A stretch of 64,000 nt of DNA from an uncultured delta proteobacterium (GTDB lineage Bacteria; Desulfobacterota; Desulfuromonadia; Desulfuromonadales; BM103), in assembly GCA_963715335.1 (NCBI GenBank), contig CAVQRZ010000023.1, forward strand, positions 83,711 through 147,710, in the 5' to 3' direction. The notes under the pieces are model-generated. The model worked only from the letters and a program-made list of their open reading frames with translations, was not told the origin of the DNA and ran no database searches. Positions 38,747 to 46,864 of this stretch are shown here, piece after piece; position 1 is the first letter of the stretch, and every line of letters starts with the position of its first letter. Both the position numbers and the translations under genes were made by a program.

Positions 38747-39051
38747 TAATCCTGCTCCCAAACCCCTACAGCACCGAGGATTGCTAATGTCTCCATTAAA
38801 CCAATGACCTGCTGGGCCGTCGAGTCATCAATGCCCTCGTATCTGTTCCTTAGGCAATCAACAACTTCACCCAGGCTACGTTTTCCATCCAGCAACTTCC
38901 ATACGTCAACCGCCGTGCTGTTGAGCATCTGCACCTTTCCATTATCAGGGTCAAACAACAGCGCGCAATCATCGTCTTCGATGCGCAGAACGAGACCTGG
39001 ATTGACCGCCAGGCGACTGTCCATATCGATTTTCAATTCGTTGTTATCCAA
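38746..39051 (-). CDS. PqqD-family protein (RiPP recognition element)
   Basis: LLFDPDNGKVQMLNSTAVDVWKLLDGKRSLGEVVDCLRNRYEGIDDSTAQQVIGLMETL is the classic PqqD pattern. Probable TTG start. Confidence 0.8.
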   Translation of the reverse strand: MDNNELKIDMDSRLAVNPGLVLRIEDDDCALLFDPDNGKVQMLNSTAVDVWKLLDGKRSLGEVVDCLRNRYEGIDDSTAQQVIGLMETLAILGAVGVWEQD

Positions 39052-39072
39052 AGGAATCCTTAATAGAAGAGA

Positions 39073-39360
39073 CTATTCTATTGGCAGCTTTACAACGAGA
39101 CCGTGACGTAGAGCGAAACCAAGGATGGATCGAGTCTGTCGTTCAGCATCAGCCCGGTTGAGGTCAAAGTTCTGCAACAGGAAATTCAAACAATCACTAC
39201 GGTTAAAAAATCGTCCTTCAGGCAGCAACGACGCCTGCTCGAAGAGCGCCGCGGCAGCGTGATTGACAGTAACCATCACATCCCGATTAGCAATCAGCAT
39301 AACTGCATCCTCGTCAAAAAATTCAATGAAAACATGAGGAGAGAGTTGGTAGCAATCCAC
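39073..39360 (-). CDS. Second, divergent PqqD-like protein
   Basis: IEFFDEDAVMLIANRDVMVTVNHAAAALFEQA...DCLNFLLQNFDLNRADAERQTRSILGFALRHGLVV follows the PqqD wHTH pattern. GTG start. Confidence 0.65.
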   Translation of the reverse strand: MDCYQLSPHVFIEFFDEDAVMLIANRDVMVTVNHAAAALFEQASLLPEGRFFNRSDCLNFLLQNFDLNRADAERQTRSILGFALRHGLVVKLPIE

Positions 39361-39390
39361 CAGGCGTACACCTTTCGAATATGATCCTTC

Positions 39391-39420
39391 ATGTTAGTTG
39401 TTTTACAAGTGGACTGTCAA
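39391..39420 (-). promoter_or_regulatory. Candidate sigma70 promoter of the pqqD-rSAM operon
   Basis: Minus strand reads TTGACA-18 nt-TAACAT, about 30 nt upstream of the GTG at 39360. Confidence 0.45.
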
Positions 39421-39459
39421 ATAAACGGAGGGATGAAATCATTCACCGCCAGAGAATGA

Positions 39460-40162
39460 TCAAAACCCTGACAGCGCCATCAGCAGCGGCAGGAGAAAGG
39501 TTGTCATCAGACCATTCAACCCGATCGCCAAACCAGCAGCGGCACCGGCAAGACGGTTGACCTCGAGCATTCTCGCCGTACCGATGCCGTGGGCGGACGT
39601 GCCGATCGCAAGCCCCATCGACACCGGGGAAGTCACACCGATGCGGCGGCAGAACTCCGGGCCGCAGACCGCCCCGAGACAACCGGTCAGAACGACCAGG
39701 GCGGCGGTCAGAGGCGCAATGCCACCGAGCTTGTCAACGATACTGATGGCAATCGGTGTGGTCACCGACTTCGGTGCCAGGGAGAGGATCACCTCCCGGC
39801 TGCCACCGAGGAGCCAGGCCAGTCCGCAGGCTGAAATAATCGAGGCGAGAGAGCCGGCAAAGATGCCGGCCAGGATCAGTCGCTTGCGTTTCCAGATCTC
39901 TTCACGGCGCTGGTACAGAGGGACTGCCAGGGCAACCACGGATGGACCGAGCAGGAACAGGATCATGTCGCCGCCACGGGCATAATCACGGTATTCGATC
40001 CCGGTGCCTTTAAGCAGCAGAATGATTGCAACGATCGCCAACAGGACCGGGTTGGCCCATACGCTGTTGACGCGCCGGTAGAGGGTTTGCGCCAAGCAGG
40101 TAGACGACCAGCGTCAGGCCGATGCCGAACAGCGGAGTCTTGACCAGTTCAGCCCACATCAT
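39460..40162 (-). pseudogene. lrgB: LrgB/CidB-family membrane protein, apparently interrupted by a 1-nt frameshift near 40095
   Basis: ATGATG at 40162 overlaps the lrgA stop and encodes MMWAELVKTPLFGIGLTLVVYLL, a typical LrgB first helix. The rest (AQTLYRRVNSVWANPVLLAIV...) is in another frame starting at 40095. Confidence 0.6.
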
Positions 40163-40502
40163 CGCTCCCCCGGTTTTCGAGTTTCTGGGCCAGCAGACCG
40201 GTGACAGCCATGACTACAAAAGTACTGATTATTGTTGCGACGGTAATCGGCAACCATTCTGCAGCGATCAGGTCACTGTAAACCATGACGCCGACGCCGG
40301 CCGGGACAAAGAACAGCGTCATGTTGGACAGCAGGATTTCCGCTGCCTCCTCGATCCATTTCACATCAACCCAGCCGACAATTAAACCAAGCAACAGCAG
40401 CCCCATCCCCATGACGTTACCTGGAATCGGTAAGCCCAGGGACCGGCTGATGATTTCACCACACAGCTGGAACAGCAGCAGGAATGTCAGACCACGAACC
40501 AT
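40149..40502 (-). CDS. lrgA: CidA/LrgA holin-like protein
   Basis: 117 aa, four TM segments. LLFQLCGEIISRSLGLPIPGNVMGM. Confidence 0.85.
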   Translation of the reverse strand: MVRGLTFLLLFQLCGEIISRSLGLPIPGNVMGMGLLLLGLIVGWVDVKWIEEAAEILLSNMTLFFVPAGVGVMVYSDLIAAEWLPITVATIISTFVVMAVTGLLAQKLENRGSDDVG

Positions 40503-40513
40503 GAGGCTCCCTC

Positions 40514-40547
40514 ATTCTGGATACTGAATACTGAATTCTGAATACCA
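40514..40547. repeat. Heptamer tandem repeat (ATTCTGG ATACTGA ATACTGA ATTCTGA ATACC)
   Basis: Read directly. Located between lrgA and the TPR gene. Related to the 25340-25444 units. Confidence 0.7.
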
Positions 40548-40560
40548 GTCACTCGACACA

Positions 40561-41353
40561 TCAGCCTTCGTCCTGGAGGCCTTCGATAAGCGCCTTGACT
40601 TCGGCGCAGATATCCTTCGATGCCTGGCTCTTCTCATGTTTGAGAAATTCCCTGAAACAGTGCAGAGACTCCTGAATCTGCTCCTGGTCCAGGTAGATAT
40701 TTCCCAGCGTCAGGTAAGCAAAGGAGAAATCCGGATCGAGGGCTATGGCCTTGCGGCAGTATTTTTCTGCCTCGGCCAGATGCATCATTCTCATAGTGGA
40801 ACTCGGCCAGGTTGAAATGGCCCTGCGGATCTTCAGGTTCGAGCTCGATGGCCTTCTCAAAACAATCGCGAGCTTCATCCGCACGTCCGGTCGCGAAACA
40901 GACATCGCCAAGTGAATAGAGGGCAAAAGCCGACTCCGGGTCCTGTTCGAGAGCCTGTCGATAGCACTCCTCGGCCTTGTCCATGCGCTCCTGATGAAAG
41001 TGGATCAGGCCGAGACTGACTCGGGCGTCGATTTGACCCGGGTCACGTAACAGAACATCCTCGTAGACCCGGCATGCTTCTTCAGGACGTCCCAGTTCAA
41101 AATAAACATCGCCCAGGTCAAATTGCAGATCATATTCTCCAGGAAGTTCTCCAACGACTTTCTCAAGCACTCTGGCCGCCTCTTCAAGATGACCCGCCTC
41201 GACCAGGGCTTCCCCCAGGAAGGCACGGGTTTCGACGTCGTCCCCCTGCTCCTGCAAAAGCCTTTTGAGGATCCGTACGGCCTCTTCCGCCGCACCTTTT
41301 TCAAGCGCCTGCTCCGCCCTGCTTATGGAAATTTGTCCTTCATTCATCTGCAT
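40561..41353 (-). pseudogene. TPR-repeat protein, apparently interrupted by a 1-nt frameshift near 40790
   Basis: TPR sequence continues from frame 1 (...GHFNLAEFHYE) into frame 2 (MHLAEAEKYCRKAIALDPDFSFAYLTLGNIY...). The span of 793 nt is not a multiple of 3. Start taken at MQMNEGQ (41353, GAGGAG upstream). Confidence 0.6.
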
Positions 41354-42677
41354 TCTCCTCGTATTCTGTGTTAAGAACCGGCGCAAACTCTTCATTCAAG
41401 GTGTCAAGCATGTCCCACACTCCCCATGGCTCAGCCGGAATGACTTCAACCTCGACCTGCAGGTGGTCGGCAAGGTCGCGAATGGACACATCGTCCAGGA
41501 ACACATCTTCAGCTTCACGCAGCATGACATCCGGAACCAGCAGTATCTGGCCGAGTTCTGCATTGGCCAACTGCTCAAGCAGATCCTGGCCGGTCAGAAG
41601 TCCGGCCACGGTAACATCCCCGGCAAAGAAGCGATTCTCAACCGTATGCACCCGCAGGTCAGTACCGCATTTTTCGTTCAGTAAATCAGCAAACCAGCGG
41701 AGTTCCCCGGCAGCGGACACCCCGGTCACCAGGCTGACCGGCGGCAGCTTGAGCGGTTGCGCCTCTTTGATCACTGCCTCGGCCTGCATACGAAACATCG
41801 GGACCAGGCCGACGCCATTCTCAATCTGGGACAGTTCTTCGTAGGACTCCAGGGGAGGAAAATCCTTTGCCGCCCTGAGATAGAGTTCGTCAGCGGCGAA
41901 CATAAATCGTGTGCCGAGCGTTTCCAGCAACTCGGACTGTTTCTCCCCTATCCAATCTGCCAGTTCCAGAGCTTCGCCCCTGGTGTGGATCCTCAATTCT
42001 GGAAGACGCTGCCGGTGCCCGGTCAATCCGACCGGGACAATCGCCAGAGATTTGACTCCGGGAGCAAGGCAGGACAGTTCTTTCAAGGTCTGCTCCAGGT
42101 GAACACCATCGTTAATTCCGGGACAGACAACGACCTGGGTGTGCAACTCTATGCCTCCATTGACCAGGGTCCTGATTATCGGCATGACATCCGGTGCAGG
42201 TTTGCCAAGCAGTTTTTGCCGCAGCGTGTTATCGACGGCATGCACTGAGATGTAGAGTGGCGAGAGCTGCTTACGCAAAATCAGCTTCAGGTCATCCTCA
42301 GTCAGGTTGGTCAGGGTGATATAGGCCCCGTAAAGATAGGAAAACCGGTAGTCTTCGTCCTTGATGTACAGGGTACGCCGCATGCCCTGCGGCAGTTGGT
42401 GGACGAAACAGAAGATACAGTTGTTCCCGCACTGTTTCGGTTCCGGATGCGGCAACAAGATGCCGAGCGGCTCCTCGCTGTCGTGCTCGATGTCGAGTTC
42501 CCAGATTTCACCATCGACGCGTTCAACTTCGATCCACAGCTTTTCGCGAGGTTCTTCGATCAGGTAATCAACCAGGTCATTGACCTGTTCGCCGTTCAAG
42601 CGAACCAGACGGTCACCGGGCTGCAACCCCAATTCATCGGCAATACTGCCGGGCTCTATGGCAAGGATTTCAAGCAT
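41340..42677 (-). CDS. PDZ + DUF512 (radical-SAM-like) protein
   Basis: N-terminal PDZ (GLQPGDRLVRLNG), then CGNNCIFCFVHQ and a DUF512-like remainder. 445 aa. Confidence 0.8.
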   Translation of the reverse strand: MLEILAIEPGSIADELGLQPGDRLVRLNGEQVNDLVDYLIEEPREKLWIEVERVDGEIWELDIEHDSEEPLGILLPHPEPKQCGNNCIFCFVHQLPQGMRRTLYIKDEDYRFSYLYGAYITLTNLTEDDLKLILRKQLSPLYISVHAVDNTLRQKLLGKPAPDVMPIIRTLVNGGIELHTQVVVCPGINDGVHLEQTLKELSCLAPGVKSLAIVPVGLTGHRQRLPELRIHTRGEALELADWIGEKQSELLETLGTRFMFAADELYLRAAKDFPPLESYEELSQIENGVGLVPMFRMQAEAVIKEAQPLKLPPVSLVTGVSAAGELRWFADLLNEKCGTDLRVHTVENRFFAGDVTVAGLLTGQDLLEQLANAELGQILLVPDVMLREAEDVFLDDVSIRDLADHLQVEVEVIPAEPWGVWDMLDTLNEEFAPVLNTEYEENADE

Positions 42678-42805
42678 AATGCAACCTGGGCAGCGATCTA
42701 CCGCCTAAGACTTAAATCTTAGCCCTCAACAAAAACAAAGGCCCCAAGCCGGTATTTCCGGCAAGGGACCTTTGGCGCATACAGTTCGACAATTCAGGGC
42801 GAAAA

Positions 42806-43039
42806 TCAGTCCCTGCCGCCATGCAGGCGGAAGCTGCCGTCGGCTGATGTAATTGACGTGATTGCATGTTTGTAAAGCAGCAGATCACCGTTACTGTCAA
42901 CCAGCACGCAGAAGCTGTCAAACGATTTGACGTAGCCTTGCATTTTCTCGCCGGACATCATGGCGATGTCGACGAGGACTCTCTCTTTGCGAGCCTGGTT
43001 AAGATATTGATCCTGAATATTGAAGGGGGACTTAGCCAT
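42806..43039 (-). CDS. hfq: RNA chaperone Hfq
   Basis: MAKSPFNIQDQYLNQARKERVLVDIAMMSGEKMQGYVKSFDSFCVLV (Sm1/Sm2). AAGGAG lies upstream of ATG 43039. Confidence 0.9.
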   Translation of the reverse strand: MAKSPFNIQDQYLNQARKERVLVDIAMMSGEKMQGYVKSFDSFCVLVDSNGDLLLYKHAITSITSADGSFRLHGGRD

Positions 43040-43055
43040 AACAACCACTCCTTTT

Positions 43056-43994
43056 CTAAATGACATGGAAATTTTCAATCAACTTCTGGATTGTAGCAAA
43101 GTCACTAAATGATTCAAGCCAAATTATTGATTTATCTTTACGAAACCAGGTTATCTGTTGTTTTGCGTAACGCCGTGTCGAGCGTTTCAGGTCTTCTACA
43201 GCTTCTTCATGAGACATTTCGCCGCGCAGCAACGCAAAGGCCTGCCGATAACCGATGGTTTTGAAGATTTTCAGACCAGGATCATATCCGCTCTGCAGAA
43301 TCTGCTCAGCCTCTCCAAGCAGGCCCTGCTGGAACATCGCCTCGGACCGCCGGTCGATCCGTTCATAAAGGGCTTTCCGCTCACAGGCCAGGCCAATCTT
43401 CAGGACACGGTAACGCTCGGTCTTGAATCCGTGCTCATCCTGCAACTCGGAGAGGGGGCGGCCGGACTGGCGAAAAACTTCCAGGGCACGAACGATTCTG
43501 ATCAGGTCGTTGGGATGCAAACGGGCCGCTGATTCCGGGTCAATCTCTGCGAGCTCTGCATGCAGGGGCGCACTGCCCTCCCGTTTTGCCCGGTCATGTA
43601 AATGCTTGCGCAGGTCCGGATTGGCGCCCGGGGCATCGAGCAGACCTTCCGTCAATGCCTTGATATAGAGACCGGTTCCGCCAACCAGAAAAGGCCGTTT
43701 GTTGCGCTGGCAGATGTCCTGCATGGCTGCCTCGGCAAGGGTGATAAACCGCGCGGCATGGAACTCCTCGTTGGGCCAAACCACGTCAATCAGGTGATGC
43801 CGAACCCGCAGCTTTTCCTCTGGCGTCGGCTTGGCTGTGCCGATATCCAACAGGCGATAAACCTGGCGGGAGTCCGCGGAGATGATCTCACCACCGAAGA
43901 CCTCGGCAAGCGCCAGGGCCAGCTCCGTCTTGCCAGCTGCAGTCGGGCCGCAGATGACCGTCAGAGGGGAACGCATGTCTGTCGTATCCGGCAC
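43056..43994 (-). CDS. miaA: tRNA dimethylallyltransferase
   Basis: ICGPTAAGKTELAL P-loop and ADSRQVYRLLDIGTAKP. Confidence 0.95.
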   Translation of the reverse strand: MPDTTDMRSPLTVICGPTAAGKTELALALAEVFGGEIISADSRQVYRLLDIGTAKPTPEEKLRVRHHLIDVVWPNEEFHAARFITLAEAAMQDICQRNKRPFLVGGTGLYIKALTEGLLDAPGANPDLRKHLHDRAKREGSAPLHAELAEIDPESAARLHPNDLIRIVRALEVFRQSGRPLSELQDEHGFKTERYRVLKIGLACERKALYERIDRRSEAMFQQGLLGEAEQILQSGYDPGLKIFKTIGYRQAFALLRGEMSHEEAVEDLKRSTRRYAKQQITWFRKDKSIIWLESFSDFATIQKLIENFHVI

Positions 43995-43996
43995 AG

Positions 43997-45790
43997 TCAG
44001 CCCCTGTGAAAAAACTTCTCAACTTCACGTTTCGACAGACGGTGCGTAACGGGTCGACCATGAGGACAACAACTGCCAAAATCTATTTCGGCAAGATCTT
44101 TCAACAGCTGCTGCATCTCACTTGACGAGAGAGCCTGGTTGGCTCGCACCATACTGTGACAGGCCAGAACGGAGAGAACCCGTTCGATCTCGTCATCGAG
44201 TTTTCCGGCCCGCCCAATCACGTTGAGTTCTGCAGCAAGGTCGCGGACCAGTCGTTCGGCATCGACATCGGCGGCCAATGCCGGGACAGCCTTGACCGTG
44301 AAAGAACGGCCTCCGAAAGCTTCCACTTCGAACCCGAAGCGTGCAAAGTCATCGAGATGTTCGGCCATGACGGCGGCCTCACGATGTTCAAGTTCGATAA
44401 CAACCGGGAAGAGCAGGTTCTGGCTTTCGATGCCGTCCGCCGCCAGTTGACTGCGCAAACGCTCGAAGCCTATACGCTCGTGGGCGGCATGCTGGTCGAT
44501 CAGGACCAGTTCATCGCCAGCCTGGCAAAGCAGATAGCTGTTGAGATATTGCCCTATCAGCCGCCAGCCATCGGGCATTGCAGGTGATTCGGATGACCAT
44601 CCGGAGATTTCTCCTTTGACAGTAGAAATGGCCGAGATTATCGGTGTTCTGGCAACCTTCTCGTTGAATGCAGTCAGCGACTCCTGGATGCGTACAGGGT
44701 ATTGGCCGAAGCCCGGACCTGGTGGCGATGCCGGCAACGGGGGCCTTTCGTAAGGCGTTACGCTGAAGGGTGCCGCAGGCGCAAAGGCCCCTTCATGCAA
44801 CCTTTCCCGAAGCGCTGAGGTTATGAAATCGTGGACTTGTTGCTGGTTGCGGAAACGCACTTCGTGCTTGGTCGGATGAACGTTGACGTCCACAGTCTCC
44901 GGTGGCATGTCGATAAAGAGCACGGCAATTGGATAACGGCGCTTCTCAAGCAAAGTTCGGTATGCTTCCAGAATCGCATGCTGGACGACCCGGTCACGAA
45001 CGAAACGGCCGTTGATGTAAGTATAAATCTGTGCTGTCGAGGAGCGGCTGACTCCCGGTGCGCCGAGCAGGCCGACCAGCATCTCACCGTTGCCGGAGTC
45101 GGCATCCACAGGGAGCAGGTCTCCGGCAAGGTTGCGCCCGAGCAGAACGGCGACCCGTTCCTCAAGACGGCCGTGCCGATAGGCGTCCAGGACGTTACGC
45201 CCGTTGTGCGACAGCCGAAAGTGAATATCGGAACGTGACAGCGCCAGGCGGGACACGACATCGGCTATGTGACCGAATTCGGTTTCATCTTTGCGCAGGA
45301 ACTTGCGTCGCGCCGGTGTGTTGAAAAAGAGGTTGCGCACCTCGACAATCGTTCCTGGAGCGGAGCCAACGGCCTCAGCCTGGCGAATCGTGCCGCCCTC
45401 GGCATAGATCTGCCAACCTGATTCATCGTCGACCGAGCGGGTCGTCATTCTCAGTCTGGAGACGGAAGCTATGGCAGGCAGAGCTTCACCACGAAACCCC
45501 ATGGTGTGCAAAGCAAAAAGATCGTCTGCATTTTTGATCTTGCTGGTGGCATGTCTTTCAAGCGAGAGGAAGGCATCATCCTTCTTCATGCCGTAGCCAT
45601 TGTCAGCAACCCGGACCATACTCTTCCCGCCTTTTTCAATGTCAACGAAAACTTCAGTCGCCGAGGCATCGATCGCATTTTCGATCAATTCCTTGACCAC
45701 GGAAGCCGGGCGCTCGACAACTTCACCGGCGGCGATCTGGTTGGCAAGGTTTTCCGGGAGGATTTGGATTCGGTTGTTCATAGGCTTCAA
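43997..45790 (-). CDS. mutL: DNA mismatch repair protein MutL
   Basis: IQILPENLANQIAAGEVVERPASVVKELIENAIDA GHKL N-terminus. 597 aa. Confidence 0.95.
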   Translation of the reverse strand: MKPMNNRIQILPENLANQIAAGEVVERPASVVKELIENAIDASATEVFVDIEKGGKSMVRVADNGYGMKKDDAFLSLERHATSKIKNADDLFALHTMGFRGEALPAIASVSRLRMTTRSVDDESGWQIYAEGGTIRQAEAVGSAPGTIVEVRNLFFNTPARRKFLRKDETEFGHIADVVSRLALSRSDIHFRLSHNGRNVLDAYRHGRLEERVAVLLGRNLAGDLLPVDADSGNGEMLVGLLGAPGVSRSSTAQIYTYINGRFVRDRVVQHAILEAYRTLLEKRRYPIAVLFIDMPPETVDVNVHPTKHEVRFRNQQQVHDFITSALRERLHEGAFAPAAPFSVTPYERPPLPASPPGPGFGQYPVRIQESLTAFNEKVARTPIISAISTVKGEISGWSSESPAMPDGWRLIGQYLNSYLLCQAGDELVLIDQHAAHERIGFERLRSQLAADGIESQNLLFPVVIELEHREAAVMAEHLDDFARFGFEVEAFGGRSFTVKAVPALAADVDAERLVRDLAAELNVIGRAGKLDDEIERVLSVLACHSMVRANQALSSSEMQQLLKDLAEIDFGSCCPHGRPVTHRLSKREVEKFFHRG

Positions 45791-45898
45791 AAGGTAAAAA
45801 TTCGATTTTACTTGGTGTCTTGGTGTCTTTGTGGCAACAAATCTGCTACCACAGTCTTACATGCTAACAGAGGAAACTATTAAAGGTCAGCTTTCCGC

Positions 45899-45927
45899 CA
45901 AAAAAAACGGCCGGTCATACCGGCCAT
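45899..45927 (-). terminator. Terminator downstream of the ExeA-like gene
   Basis: GGCCGGT-atga-CCGGCC followed by T8 on the minus strand. Confidence 0.7.
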
Positions 45928-45940
45928 CTGTTGCCTGAAA

Positions 45941-46843
45941 TCATTTTTTCAGTTCCAGCTTGTCGAGCATGCTGTCGATTTCATCCAGTTCATCTTTGAT
46001 TTTATCCCGGGGTGAGACGACGATCGATTGCTGCAGTAAACCGAGGTCGCCGGCCACGCTATGCGCTATGCGGTTGTCGATCATTTTCATTTTGCACAAG
46101 TAGGCTTCAAATAGACAGTTATCGCTGATCGTATTGACCAGGCGCGGGACACCGCCAGCATAACGATGGATCAAGGGGATCACTTCATCACCAAACAGTA
46201 CCTGTCCGGCTCCGGCAATCTGCAGGCGGTGCTTGATATAGGAGGTCGTCGTGTCGACAGTCATTGACTTGAGGGTATACTTGACGGCAACCCTCTGTGC
46301 CAAAGGTTCATCCAGGGCCAGGCAGTCTTCAAGTTCCGGCAGGCCGAAAAACACGATATTGAGAAGTTTTTTGCCCGGCACCTCGAGATTCAGAAGGCCG
46401 CGGAATTCTTCCATGAGTTCACGGCTCTGCAGCATTTGTGCTTCATCAATTAACACCACGGCACGCCTCCCCTCAGCCTCGATTTCCAAAAGCCTGGCAT
46501 AGAGCTGTTTGAGGAGCTTGAGACGATCACCGGCTGGATCCCTGACCCCGAGCTGCAGGGCGATCCTGGTAAGGATCCACTCCGGGGTAATGCCTGAATG
46601 AACCATCACCAGAAGCGAGGACTCGTAATGCTTTTCCGGCAGGTTGTCGAGCATGCGACGGGCCAGAGTCGTCTTCCCCGTTCCGACATCACCGACCAGT
46701 ACGGCCAACCCTTTGTTTGAATCAACGGCGTACATCAGCCGGATCAACGCCTGGCTGTGCTGGTCGCTGTTGTAATAAAAACGGGCGTCAGGCGCATTGG
46801 AGAAAGGTTCGCGCTCGAGTCCGTAATGTTCAAGGTAACTCAT
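45941..46843 (-). CDS. ExeA/GspA/MshM-like AAA ATPase
   Basis: YLEHYGLEREPFSNAPDARFYY and GDVGTGKTTLARRM. 300 aa. Confidence 0.85.
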   Translation of the reverse strand: MSYLEHYGLEREPFSNAPDARFYYNSDQHSQALIRLMYAVDSNKGLAVLVGDVGTGKTTLARRMLDNLPEKHYESSLLVMVHSGITPEWILTRIALQLGVRDPAGDRLKLLKQLYARLLEIEAEGRRAVVLIDEAQMLQSRELMEEFRGLLNLEVPGKKLLNIVFFGLPELEDCLALDEPLAQRVAVKYTLKSMTVDTTTSYIKHRLQIAGAGQVLFGDEVIPLIHRYAGGVPRLVNTISDNCLFEAYLCKMKMIDNRIAHSVAGDLGLLQQSIVVSPRDKIKDELDEIDSMLDKLELKK

Positions 46844-46864
46844 AAACTGTCCATAAAGCTCTGG

